The position numbers and the translations under genes were made by a program. The notes below the pieces were generated by a model. The model was not told the origin of the DNA and made no database searches. It saw only the letters and a program-made list of their open reading frames with translations. A DNA stretch of 64,000 nt from Octopus sinensis (Eukaryota): positions 60,574,001 to 60,638,000 of the forward strand of contig NC_042999.1 of NCBI RefSeq assembly GCF_006345805.1, given 5' to 3'. Of this stretch, positions 13,426 through 27,274 are shown piece by piece. Every line of letters starts with the position of its first letter. The stretch's first letter is position 1.

Positions 13426-14488
13426 TTTCTGTGTCTGTGTGTTCTTATGTGCATATATTTGTACACACAGACACCCACACGGACACATGCACTTTTAACT
13501 GTTATTGGTTCTGTTATTCTGTTAACGGCTAGGCATACAGGCAAGTATACTGGCACTGATGTAGCGACATTTGAAATTTTGTCTCGGTAAATCTAGGTGA
13601 AGAAAACTGATCAAATTTACGATAACAAACTTATTTTGAAGTTTCTAAAACCTCGCTCCTAGATTATCCAATTCTGGGTTATACATTTATCTAATGTTCT
13701 TCCTAGAGTTAAGATGAAATTTTTTACGTCCACTGCCCGCACACATCTTTGTCAGAATATATACAATGAAGGTTTACTATACCGTCGTAAAATTAGCGGC
13801 TGCTATTTCTAGTAAACACTGGTGCTTCGTTGTACCATTATTCTCTCTCTCTCTCTTTCTCTCTCTCTCTGTATATATATATTATATATATATATAATAT
13901 CTTATTATAAAAGGCAGATTTTATCTGCCTCCCTTTGGGAGTTTACAAATCTACAATATAGGATTCTTCAATTACAACTTACCTAGCATTTTTAAGAGTA
14001 CAATGCATCGCGTCATGCCAGGTCCAGTTTTTAAAATTTAAACTCCAATTAAGCAAAATTTACAGAAAACTCACATTCTGGTGTGTGTGTCAAATGCTTT
14101 TCTTAGTCTGGTTTACACCACACGCAAACGCACACACACAGTGTGCGACGAATAAAATGAAACTAGTTGTAATAAATGTTTCTGTCTATGACGCTGATAG
14201 ATACATGAGTAAAATGTATGGGAAGCTAACAGAGAAGAGTGAGTGAAAATGTTCTTGGAAGAGAGTAAATAGCTTGAGAGAGTGATTTGAGGAAGACTTT
14301 ACATTAAATAACCGTAGTGGCTTGTGTTAGTAATAAAGTAAACATACACTCATACATACATACATACATACATACATACATACATAATACATACATAAAC
14401 ATACATACATACATACACACACACACATACACACACACATACATACATACACACACATACATACATACACACATACATACATACATAT

Positions 14489-14519
<31 letters not shown>

Positions 14520-14793
14520 TACACACACACACACAGTATTGAAGCTTGAGAACAATCAGATACATTTGCAACACATCTGTTGAAAATATTATTGTTCACA
14601 CACATACATATACATATATACATACAGACAGACAGACAGATAGACACACACACACACACACACACATGATCCAGCATGGCCATAACCTCAAGGCTGAAAC
14701 ATATAAAAGAATAACAGAATATAAATGTGTGCATGTGTGTGAGAGAGAGAGTGTGTGTGTATATGTATGTATGTATGTATGTATATATAAATA

Positions 14794-15385
14794 ATAATGC
14801 GGTTTTTTCAACAGCTTGAACTAAAAGTCAGAGGGGAATGGGATAAACTACTTATATTAACTTGCTATAAAAGCAGGTAGTAATTTTATCTTGTCCTTAT
14901 TCATAGTGCAAGTTTTGAAGAGTGCATTTCGATTTTAACAGCTATTTTTTTCAAAGCTATGTTGGAAGTAACAAAGGAGCATATTTGGCATATTTTGCTT
15001 TATGAGTTCAATAAGACAACAACGCAACGGAAAGTACAAGAAATATTAATGCAGTATATGGGGATTGGACAATAAGCGTAAGGCAGTGTCAATGGTGGTT
15101 CCAGAAATTCCGAGCCATAAACTACAGCCTAGAAGACGAGCCTCATCCTGAAAGATCTGTAGAACTCGACAAGGACATCCTGAAAACCCTGGTGGAACAA
15201 AATCTCATCGTAACTGTTGAGGAACTAGCAGAGAAGCTTGGATTTGGTCATTCAACCATTCATTGAGACCTGTGTGCTATCGGAAAAGTCAGCAAATTGG
15301 GTCAATGGGTTCCTCACGAACTTTCCGAGTCTAATTGCATGCAGAGAGTGAATGTATGCTTTTCTTTGCTGTCACATCTCACCAC
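14794..15385 (+). mobile_element. Mariner transposon 5' fragment, copy 2
   Basis: ATG at 14959 with the same HTH and WVPHEL content. In-frame TGA after STIH and one 1-nt deletion. Confidence 0.93.
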
Positions 15386-15401
15386 TACTGCGCTATGTAT
15401 A

Positions 15402-16040
15402 TCTATATATATAAAACTGTAGTTGTGAGAGTGGTCTGTCCCCTTCGATTTAGATTCCTAACTACTCCCACATTTTGCGGTGCAGTTTAACCAAATTCGG
15501 GTAGCTTATAGTCGTGATTCATATCGAGCCCGTCTGAGTATTAGCGCGCGTCTACGATGAGTCTACGATTTTAAAAATAATTTAACATCATTTTTTATTC
15601 CATTTTAATGCATAATTTTTCGTGTGTCGATGGCGGCGGAGTTGGCGTCCACGCTCACACCTGCACCTGTGGGGAAGGGAGTGTAAGGAAATCAACGTCG
15701 TAATGCGTTGTCAAGGAGACCAGTGTTCTTTTAGAACAACGACTTCATGGCTTGAAGACACCAAAACAGAAATGGCTAAGAAAGCGTCTACATGAGTCTA
15801 CGATTTAAAAAAAAATTACCATCGTTTTTTTTTTCCATTTTTAATGCATTTTTTCGCTATTATATAAGGGAAGTAACTCTCTAAAAATGTCTACGATGAG
15901 TCAACGATTTAAAAAAAAATTTACCATCATATTTTTTCCATTTTTAATGCATTTTTGGCTATTTTTTGGCTATAACTCTCTAAAAATGCTTATATAGTTA
16001 TTTCCCTTACATATCCGAGCAACGCCGGGCGATACTGCTA

Positions 16041-16041
<1 letters not shown>
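15402..16041 (+). mobile_element. Complete non-autonomous Helitron, copy 2
   Basis: A|TC start at 15402. Hairpin and CTAG|T at 16038-16042. Confidence 0.9.
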
Positions 16042-16084
<43 letters not shown>

Positions 16085-16132
16085 TATATATATGTATATA
16101 TATATTATATATATATATATATTATATATATA

Positions 16133-16207
<75 letters not shown>

Positions 16208-16227
16208 CACACACATATATATATATA

Positions 16228-16640
16228 TGGTTGTGTAGTAAGTAGATTACTTACCAACCACATGGTTCCGGGTTCAGTCCCACCGTGTGGCACCTTGGGC
16301 AAGTGTCTCCTACTATAGCCTCGGGCTGATCAAAGCCTTGTGAGTGGATTTGGTAGACGGAAATTGAAAGAAGCCCGTTGCATATATATATGTGTGTGTG
16401 TGTGTATCTGTGGGTGTATGTTTGTGTGTCTGTGTACGTCCTCCCAACATCGCCTGACAACCGATGCTGGTGTCTTTACGTCCCCGTAACTTAGTGGTTC
16501 AGCAAGGAGACCGAGAGAATAAGTACTAGGCTTACAAAGAATAAGTTCTGGGGTCGATTTGTTCGACTAAAGGCGGTGCTCCATCCTGGCCGCAGTCAAA
16601 AGACTAAAACAGATAAAAGAATAAAAGAATAAAAGAAAGA
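16228..16640 (+). mobile_element. SINE family A
   Basis: B box GGTTCAGTCCC, core, central TA/TG microsatellite and (AAAAGAAT)n tail. Confidence 0.93.
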
Positions 16641-17025
16641 ATATACATACATATATATATATAATATATATATATAAATGTATGTATACACATACATGCG
16701 TATATATATATACATACATACATCATGCATACATATATATATATATGCATAGTTTTTCTTGTCCCTCATATGTCCACTGCATTAGAAGTACCGATAGCGG
16801 GTTCGAAAATGTTTTTCGTTTTTAAAACATCTGCCCACCATATTAGCACCAATCAATATTCCTATCCGTTATGGAAGGCCACAAGGGAAAGCTCTAAGTG
16901 ACCTCTTTGTGCTACTAGAAGTTTCATGTAAATGTTCTTGAAATCTTATTGTATCGTTTACACATATGAAAGGATACATCGGATAATGCTGATCCAGGTA
17001 TGCTTTGACAATAAATATTATTTAC

Positions 17026-17071
17026 CATTTGCTTTTGATCATACATTTTCTGGATCGAATCTAACTTTTGG
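17026..17071 (-). CDS. Candidate small exon (QKLDSIQKMYDQKQM)
   Basis: Acceptor GTTAGTTGGTTTTCAG and donor ATG|GTAAAT. Only one open frame, phase 2 to phase 0. Confidence 0.3.
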
Positions 17072-17109
17072 CTGAAAACCAACTAACACATGACACCGTT
17101 GATCCGAAC

Positions 17110-17511
17110 TTTCTCTTTCTCTCTCGCTCTCCCACAATCTCTCTCTCTTTCTTTCATTCTTACTTATTTTCGTTCTTTCTTTCTTTCATTCTTTCTTTCT
17201 TTCTCATCCTTTCCCTTTCTTTCTTCCTTTCTTTCTTTCCCATTCTCTCTCTCTTTCTCATCTTCTTTTTCTCTACCCCCTCATTCTCTTTCTTTTTTCT
17301 TACTTTCTTTCGTTTTTTCTTTCTTTAATACTTTATTTCTCATCCCCTCTCTTTATTTCTTTCTTCTCTCTTACTTTTTTTCGTTCTTTCTGTCTTTCAT
17401 ACTTTCTTTCTCATTCTTTCTCTCCCTCTTTCTCATCCCTTCTCTCTCACCCCAACATTCTCTTTTACGCCGTCCTTGTTGTTTCTCCCTCCTTCTCAAT
17501 CTCTCTCTTTC

Positions 17512-17555
<44 letters not shown>

Positions 17556-17565
17556 CTTTTCTCCA
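17110..17565 (+). repeat. ~450-bp polypyrimidine (CT/CTTT) tract
   Basis: Almost exclusively C and T on the + strand. Confidence 0.95.
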
Positions 17566-17837
17566 GCTTATCATTTCATAGTTGCCGTATATAAACTTCT
17601 ATCACACATATCCGCTATCAATATTTTTCACGCCTTCAGTCTATTAATGATTTCGAATTGTTTTTAATTTTAATAGTTCTCCGTTGCGACACGTAGCCGT
17701 AACCAACATCTGGTCAACTAGGCAACCGCTTTTCCATAGCACCACATAATAGAAATAGCAGCTAATTTTCTCACTAATATCAACTCTTATATTCGAAAAA
17801 GAGGGACAATTTAACCTATTTAAATTTTGATTTGCTA

Positions 17838-18241
17838 CTTTTACTTTACCTGTTTCAGTCATTTGATTGCGGCCATGCTGGAGCACCACCTTTCGTCGAG
17901 CACATCGACCCCAGGACTTATTCTTTGTAAATCTAGTACTTATTCTATCGGTCTCTTTTTACCGAACCGCTAAATTACAGGGACGTAAACACACCAGCAT
18001 CGGTTGTCAAGCGATGTTGGAGGGACAAGCACAGACACACAAACATACACACACACACGCGCACACAACATATATATATGGTGGGATTCTTTCAGTTTCC
18101 GTCTACCAAATCCACTCACAAGGCTTTGGTCGGCGCTAGGCTCTAGTAGAAGACACTAACCCAAGGTGCCACGCAGTGGGACTGAACCAGGAACCATGTG
18201 GTTTGTTAGCAAGCTACGTTCCAAACAGCCACTCCTGTGCC
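17838..18241 (-). mobile_element. SINE family A, full length
   Basis: Reverse complement of head, core and tail. Confidence 0.93.
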
Positions 18242-19526
18242 TATATTGAGATGATGTGGTCGCAGGTGGGTTGTATTTCATTATATATCCGTAAGGCACA
18301 AAGTAACAGAATTGTTATCAAATTAGAGAGAGTGTTTAGTAGTATTTCGTTCGTCTTTAAGTTCTGATGTTAAATTCCGCCTGGGTCGACTTCACTTATC
18401 ATCCTTTCTGATTTGAAGAAATAGTTATTAGCTGAACACCGGGGGTCGATTCAATCCACGGTTCCTTCTTTCCCAACATTTCAAGCCTTGTGCCTATCGA
18501 GAATAGGATTATATATTCGTTTTATGATGTACATCTTGAGTCTAATAGTCAACAATAACAACAACTGTTCATCATCTCACCATCGAAATATACAAAATGC
18601 AGGAGTGACAAAATCCATGCTCCCAGTTGTGTATCTCAATTTTATACAGAAATCCCCGAATAATCTTATAGTTGACTCGAAGCTCACTTGAGTTCTACGC
18701 ACGAACAATAAGGTTACAACACGTAACGAATGTTATAGAAGGGGAAGAAGGAGTAGAAGGAGAAGGAAGAAGGATGAGAAGGAGAAGGAAGAAGAAGAAT
18801 GGTTAACCACAGCTAGAAAGTTTTTGATCATAAATATTAGCGCTCTGCATAGACGTAGGTTAACAATGAAAGTGTCCACTAAAACTAAACTATAGAAGAA
18901 TTTATAGCAACGGTGTCTAATTCACTATTGTCAAACTGTGTATTCTAATTGCAGCACACATTTCATATACGAAACATTTTAATATTTCATCTTGTATAGA
19001 TAGAAAATCACTCTCTAAGAAGCTTAACAGATACGGATATTCATATTGACATCTAAAGGTCTTAAGACACTACGTTTGTCTGTTTCTATAAAATATACGT
19101 TTACAATGAAAACACTGGAATAAACTTTAAAGAAGCAATACAAACGACTACTTAACATAATACAGGACAATGACCTGGCTTCAATATTCTGGCAAATGGC
19201 TGGCTAGTTTCAGAAGGTGATCAACTATAAAGATCAAGTTATAATTGGCCAGGTCATCTGTATTGTGGTAGATATCTCATTCTGTTATGAGCCAAACAAA
19301 TGCCTGATGGATGTGTGAGAATTTCTCAGATTTCAATGACCTGAAATTGAAACATAAGTTATGTGAGGTATGAAACTAGGAATGCTACTAATGATAAAGT
19401 AATGAATGCTACGTATCATAAAGAATAACGGTAGCGAAAATAAATAATATATAACTAGGGTGCAACATTTAATATGATCCAAATAGTAATGCAACTTCAC
19501 ACGGTTGATAGTTATATATAAGTCCA

Positions 19527-20001
<475 letters not shown>

Positions 20002-21009
20002 GTCCGTAGCGCAACTAATACAGTACGTTCTCTGCACGCTACACCCCAACACATACATTATACATAAAACACGACACACTACCATACATACCGAAACGCA
20101 ATATTTCCAACACTTTCAACACACCACCAACGATTCATATGACTGGCATATTACACAATTATCATCCAATCATGTAACACGGCCTACAAAACCCACACAA
20201 CATATACTCATATTTCAATCTACAACCATACTAAAGCAACTCACGCACCACGTAGAAAGCACTTTCGCCATCGCCACAATAAAACGTACAACAAAGTAGA
20301 GACGTTACACACAAAAATATATTAAACTCTGTCCTGGATCTCAGTCGGTTACAACGAGGAGTGATTCAGTTGTTCCGATCAATGGAACAGACTGCTAGTG
20401 AAATTCGCGTGAAAGTGGCTTAGCACTCAACAAATGCGCATGCTCTTAACGTAGTTCTCAGGGAGAATCAGCATCACACAGAGAGCGACAATGCCGATGG
20501 AACCAACTTACCCATTTCCCCCAAATTGCCGCCTTATGCCAAAATTTAAATCCATTACCACTTATGATTACTAAGCTACTTTGCTTATTTATAATATTTT
20601 ATAGAAACAGACAAAAATGCAAATACAACTCAATTTTTCCAGCAGAGTGGACTGGGGCAATGTGAAATAAAATGTGTTGATCAAGGATTCGAGGCCCTGC
20701 CGGTAATCAAGATCACGAGTGGGATCCGAATACCCTAACCGATGAACTACGCACCTTCACACAAAACACTAAATAGCAAAAGAAACGTCAATGCAATTTC
20801 TGATAACAATGCAAGACTAAGGTAGCATATAAAGATAGTTCTAAGCATTAACAAAGAAAATGCAGTTCACACGACGGGAAACGGGAATGCCTTGGTGCTT
20901 GTTGTTTTTTAGAAACTCTTGTGAAATAATTAAAAACATGTAATTAAATATTAAAGGTATGAAAATAATCACAAAATTAAAGGTTCCAAGTTTTCGAGCA
21001 GGACCAATA

Positions 21010-21572
21010 GTGTTTTAGGGAAAAGGGAAGACAATTACGTCGACCCCAGTACTTTATTGGTTCTTATTTTATCGACCCCGAAATGATGAAAAATAAGCTC
21101 CTCTTCAATGGCATTTGAACTCAGAACGTAAAAAAACGCCATTAAGCAGGTTAGCCGATGTGATAACGGTTCTGCCTACTTCGCTGCCTAAGTTATAATC
21201 ATCATAATCTTCTCTAATATAAGCACAGGGCCTGACGTTTTGGGGGAGTGGGATGGTACTCAGTACTCAGTATTCAACCAGTACTTATTTGATTGGCCCC
21301 CGAAAGGATGAAAGAGGAAGTCGACTACGGTAGAATCTGAACTGAGAACTTAAAGACGGATGAAATGCCGCAAAGTAGCTTAGTAATCATAAATGGTAAT
21401 GGATTTAAATTTTGGCATAAGGCGGCAATTTTGGCGGAATGGGTAAGTTGGTTACATCGGCCCCAGTGCTCAAATTATTTTATGAAACCCGATTGGATGA
21501 AATACAAATTCGACCTCGGCTGAATTTGAACACAGACCGTAAAGACGGAGAAAATACCGAGCTTCGCCGCCT
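21010..21572 (-). mobile_element. Three consecutive degraded family B SINEs
   Basis: Three recurrences of GACCCCG-AAAGGATGAAA...TTTGAAC(T)CAGAAC at about 21010-21190, 21205-21385 and 21400-21572. Confidence 0.75.
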
Positions 21573-22710
21573 TACTAGTTGTAATCACAATAAATAAATG
21601 CTTAATGTTTTTTTTTGTATTATTATTACTTTTTATGTAAAGAGTTATAATTGTAGACACATGGGTTATAAAGCGATATTCCCATGCTGACGAATTTGAA
21701 GGTTTCGTTGCTGCGTAGCAAAAAGCGTCGGAATTTGATATGAAAAGTCACATGTAATAATGTTCAAGTTTTTAAGTTAGAAGATTTAATTACAGCATAT
21801 TGCTGGCTACTACGGTAATAATGAAATACTATTGAGATCAATGTAATTACGAATGTGTGTATATGAACAAGTCTGTGTATATTTTCTCAGTTTTATATTT
21901 GTGATTATATATATGAATCTGTGTGTTTCTATGTGTCTGTGGGTTTGCGTATATCTGTGTTGGTGAATACAGAAATATTTAATGTATTTGCTATACGCGG
22001 ATGTAAAAGAGGATGAAATGAATCATTCTGATAGAATATGACAAGCTTCTTAAAGGTTGCTTCCCTACAGATACAGTGCACTGGTATGCGACCAGTTTCG
22101 ATTACTGCCTATAGGCAAATTAATTCACCTTCATAACCGATTTGAAAATGGTATGTCAAAAGTTCCTCGTTTAAGAGGGAGAAGTTATACTGTTAGTGCC
22201 TGGTGGGCGATAGACGATGTCGATGACGCATGCTGTCCGATGTGGCTTATTTTATATTGGAGAAAGCGGCATACATTAGTTCTCGGCCTTTGAACTCACA
22301 AAGTGGTGCTCAACGTCATCTGGTATAATATTGATACATTGCAACTGTTGGCCAAATAGGTTTGCTAATTATTGACTGCATGACGTCTTCGAAACATTAC
22401 ATGGTTCTGATGGAACTTGGGAATTTAGTGTCATTTGATATTTCATTAAAAAGGATTTCTCTGTTCCTTCTCCGTCTAAATTCCTCGTTAGAATACAGAT
22501 GGTACCTTGCTGTTCCGTATATGATGGATATAGTTGGTGAAGCAAGGAAAAAGAACTATTCTGATATTAACTGTGTTTCGTGGATTCAGAAATTGTCCAA
22601 ACGATAATTTTGTAAATGTACTCTGTATAAAAGTAACTCAACTACATGTGTGTATGTGTGTGTGTGAGTGTGTATGCAAGTATATAGTCATACATAAATA
22701 CAGTCAAACA

Positions 22711-22800
<90 letters not shown>

Positions 22801-23120
22801 CACTGAGGTTCAAATTAAACAAATCTATAAATTTAGACGACCATATTGTGTGTAGTTTATTATTCCATTATTAAGATTCTGTGGCACTGGTAATTTGATG
22901 GTTTCGTGAATATAGACATTTCGTATGAGAAAAGGGGAAAACTTTTAAATGATTAACTAAACAATTTGGGTAGTATGTGTTGGTAAATGCTAGAGTTTCT
23001 ATGGATGTAATACTGATCCAGCATTCATAGAATTGTTTTCGTACTCTATGAGGGCTAGTTTCATGCGTTTTTAACAACTAGACTGAAAACAACTTCTCTA
23101 AAATTGGTTAAATCACCGTG

Positions 23121-23220
23121 TGGGCTTTCAGTGAATGAATATCATATCATAAATTGACATATTTACTGTCTGGGCTTTCAGTGAGTGAATATCAAATCAT
23201 AAATTGACATATTTACTGTC
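23121..23220 (+). repeat. 50-bp tandem duplication
   Basis: TGGGCTTTCAGTGA.TGAATATCA.ATCATAAATTGACATATTTACTGTC occurs twice with 2 mismatches. Confidence 0.95.
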
Positions 23221-23860
23221 TGAGATACAGGAAATATGTCAATATGCAACAGAAGTTGTTTGAAATTGTTACATACCCAGATACGAGAATATGAACTTAT
23301 ATGAGCCACTGACATAAAGGTGTAAAATAAAAGTAATATAACAGCAATAATTTTCCGACCGAAATTCGTATATAGACAAGTACAAAATGGTAGGTTATGA
23401 TGAGTAGACGAGAGTAGCTGGGCTTTGGAATTGTACAAATGGTTAATGTTACGATGTCTGTTCGTCATAGCTTTTGAGAACTGTGAGGAGATTTGCTGAA
23501 TTTACTTGCCTATACTGGTCGGTCAGCACTTCAAGGAAAACAATTCCGAACTTATATTTAAATCAAGAACCTATTACGCAAATTGATTCCACATATTGCT
23601 GTTGCAACTGTTATAAATTATCACATCACCGATATTGATAGAGACACGTGCGACATCATTAAGCATGGTGGAAACGGCCTACGTTGTTTTGCTCTTGGTT
23701 AGGCACAGTCGGCTGTGATGAAGCAGAGTTTTATCATGGCTGCTTTGTATATAGACTATAACTTCTATAGTTAAAGTCCTTAATTCGAGGTAAAAAAGAA
23801 ACACACTCTGTGAAAAGGGCGTCACCATATCTAGTACAACGTTATCTACTTCATTATGAT

Positions 23861-24070
23861 GGCGGCGATCTGGTAGAAACGTTAGTACGCCGGCGAAATG
23901 CTTAGCGGTATTTCGTCTGTCTTTACGTTCTGACTTAAAATTCCACAGAGGTAGAATTTGCCTTTCATCCTTTCATGGTCGATAAACAGTACCAGTTGCG
24001 TACGGGGGCGATTTAATCGACTGGCCTCTGCCCCAAAATTTTGGGCCTTGTGCCTAGAGTAGAAAAGATT
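23861..24070 (+). mobile_element. SINE family B, short-tail variant
   Basis: B head and body, ending GGGCCTTGTGCCTAGAGTAGAAAAG. Confidence 0.88.
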
Positions 24071-24855
24071 ATTATAATAGTTACATTCCCATCCTAAATT
24101 TCTCTGTAGAACACAATGATGCATTTCCTTTATTTAAGGCACTATCATATGATTTCAATAAGATTTTGGCGCTATGCCTAAAATATCGAGAGTTACTTCT
24201 ATTCAGCCAACATTACTGTATAATTTAAATGGAGACCTAGCCGTTATTTTTAGTAGATCGGTGACGACAGAGAAGCTCTCACGTTAAATGCGATTATTCA
24301 TTATTGTGATAGACTATAATGAAAAAAAAATACAAGTAAATATGGCTGAGTTTAAAATATCCATATTTTTAGCTGTTTACGCTGTTATATAAAAAGAACT
24401 TCACTTTGAGATAACAGGATGTTATCATGAGCGTTTCGTTAAATAATTCGTTACAGCAAGGTGCTTTTCCAGGTTCAGTCTCACTGCGGGAAAAAATCTG
24501 GGCACATGCATGCATGTATGTATGTATGTATGTATGTATGTATGTATGTATGTATGTATGTATGTATGTATGCATGCATGCATGTCCAGGTGTGTACCTT
24601 TAGTCAATGTGGTGCTTTTAAGTCAAGGTGTCAATTCAGTATTGAACAAATTTGCGTAAAGAAGTGCACAAGAGAACAATATTTCATAGAAAAAGAAAGA
24701 AAAAAAAGAAATTACTCTAGGATTCTCTATTTATTTCATGTTCCTTGTTTTGAACAGTACAGACAGTAGTATTACTGCTGTTGTCATTTACGCAGAATTC
24801 TTATTAACCCCATTGCAACCCCACTCATTTCTTTTTCTGTGCATCATGAGCTGTA

Positions 24856-25073
24856 TGAAAAGGGTGCTGAAAGGTTCCTGGTTCTAAGGGTATCACGAAC
24901 GTTCTTGTTGGAGCCCTAACATTATCAGTTCTTTTATAGTGCTTAGGAAAAGTGAAGGACTTCGGCAATCAGTGTGTGTATCTAAGAGGGGAATATGTTG
25001 AATAAAATCATAAGTAACTGTCCTCCTGTATTTTCTTTTAGCCAAAGCCAGGAACTTTTCAACACCCACCTCG
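24856..25073 (+). mobile_element. Mariner-derived MITE (~220 bp)
   Basis: Degenerate TIRs (GGGTGCTGAAAGGTTCCTGG / CCAGGAACTTTTCAACACCC) and TA flanks. The interior encodes a decayed mariner C-terminus (..LRGEYVE*). Confidence 0.8.
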
Positions 25074-25961
25074 TATCGTTTGATAGTTGCGACAGTGTAA
25101 TGTAATATGATAGAAAATTTCCATATTATTTCAATTACTGACTACTTTTCTCATAAATTACCCATATTAATATCAGTCTTACCCATATTTTTCCTACTAA
25201 TCTCTCTTCTGCCCCGATGAGAGGAACATCTACCGATCTCATTCGTACGGAAAACATTCAAAGAAAATTGGCATGGCCACTTCAGCCAGAACCAACCATT
25301 ACAATGAAAATCAAAGGCTCGAGCGGTGTCGTTCTTTGACTTACTGTTTCGGCGTTGCCTTTGTATCTTTGCTTTATGTAAGAGAAATGCATCTCATTTT
25401 AAACCATCTATTCTTGATGTTTGTAATTCTGTAATAACTTCTATTCTGCTTTTATAGATGTTATCCCTTCACCTCTCATTGATTATGAATAACATAAACT
25501 GCAATGATACTCAATTTTGTTGTAAGTTGAAATAATGCTTTTATCGATTCTCTGTAGTAAAAGACGTTGTACTTTTAAAGGTGTTGTAGCGGCAAGATCT
25601 GAGTGTAAAAATTCAAACAGTATTTGTGTTATTAAATTATAGGTAATAGTCCACTTGACAGAAAAACGGTAGCCGATTCCGTTCAATCTTATATATGTAT
25701 GAATTACTCACAAGCCTATAGCAAAGGTCATTCCTCATCGAATTCGTACGATATGATATACACTTACATAGAAATACACGTATATATGTATATGGATATA
25801 GGTATATATGCACATATACATACATACATGCATACATACAGGTGTATGTATTTGTTTATATCTATATGTGTTTGTGTTTGGGTAGGTGTGTAATATGAGT
25901 TCGTGTTCTTTCGAAATTGCTATCGATATATTTTTCTGTCACCTGTTTTAAATCACCAACT

Positions 25962-26111
25962 ATGAGTTCTTTTATAGTGCTAAGGAAAAGTGAAGGACTT
26001 CGGCAATTAGTGTGTGTATCTAAGAGGGGAATATGTTGAATAAAATCATAAGTAACTGTCCTCCTGTATTTTCTTTTACTCAAAGCCATAAACTTTTCAG
26101 CACCCACCTCG
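25962..26111 (+). mobile_element. Partial second copy of the same mariner MITE
   Basis: Aligns to 24925-25073, including the right TIR. Confidence 0.8.
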
Positions 26112-27005
26112 TATCGTTTCATAGTTGTGACAGGGTCATGTTAATCATTTGCCTTGCACACTATTGTAAGAATTGGAGGCGGGTCTCTGTTCTAAAGAAT
26201 ATCTTCCGTGCCTCCAAAATAATTCGAAAGGCACGTTGAATCACAGTGTTTAATTGCTCCTCTGCCCCTGGATAAATCATTGTAATAAATTGAAAATCGC
26301 CTTTCTTATAGATTGATTAATATTATCATTATATTATTATCTCAATTAGCGTGGTGCAATTGTAACTAGCGTAGTGTAGTTATTACTAGCTTAGTCGAAT
26401 TATTGCTTTCCGTATCAGGTTTGTTTAGATTTCGTATTTCGATAATGGAAAAAATGTTTTAAATCTCTGGATTATATTCCTTGGAATAATTAGTTTCTTC
26501 TTTTCAGTTGTGTGTATAAATCCTTTCTTGACATCACCATTGCCTATCATTCGTCTACAATCTCCAGTGGTATCATAATGAAATGAAAAAACAAAAACGG
26601 CGCGCGCACAAGGATAAAATCAAATCTATTTGAATAAATTTATTCTCAGACGAATTCACATTTCAACAAAATGCCATGAAGGGTTATTTCCCCTGCTCAT
26701 CGTTTTGCAATAATTTTGCAAAACACACAGACAGACAGACAAAAATGAGCGATTGCAATAACCTGCTTTCGGTTACGTGCTCAGGATAATAAGATACGGG
26801 CGGTTATATGGCTGAACTTTGCACGACATTTTTAAAGCTCTTTCTTTCGGCTTTACGTTCTACGTTCAAATTCTACCGAAGTCGACTCAGACTTTCATAT
26901 TACCAGAGCCGAAGACATAAGTACCAGTCGAATTCCTTCCTCTTAAATTTGCGGGCCTTGTCCTAAATTTGTTTTTCATCTTTAAAATATTTCAACATTC
27001 TGTTT

Positions 27006-27236
27006 GGCGCAGGAGTGGCTATGTGGTAAGTAGCTTGCTTACCAACCACATGGTTCCGGGTTCAGTCCCACTGCGTGGCATCTTGGGTAAGTGTCTTCTA
27101 CCCTAGACTCGGGCCGACCAAAGCCTTGTGAGTGGATTTGGTAGACGGAAACTGAAAGAAGCCCGTCGTATATATATAACGGCGGTGCATAAGCATGGCC
27201 GCAGCTCTGAGCTGAAACTATATAAAAAATATATAA

Positions 27237-27274
<38 letters not shown>

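Larger units (their letters stand above)
13181..16041 (+). repeat. Tandem segmental duplication, copy 2
   Basis: Same content and order as copy 1. Differences are mostly 1-nt indels. Confidence 0.97.

Noticed and set aside
22506-22622. Minus-strand exon candidate (STFTKLSFGQFLNP...)
   Set aside because: It has acceptable splice sites, but its phase (0/0) does not fit between the neighbouring candidates and the donor is weak. Left unassigned.
27006-27085. tRNA-like sequences (also at 6491, 34660-34730, 50761 and 56711)
   Set aside because: They carry A and B boxes but run into shared SINE bodies and lack a clean cloverleaf. They are SINE heads, not tRNA genes.
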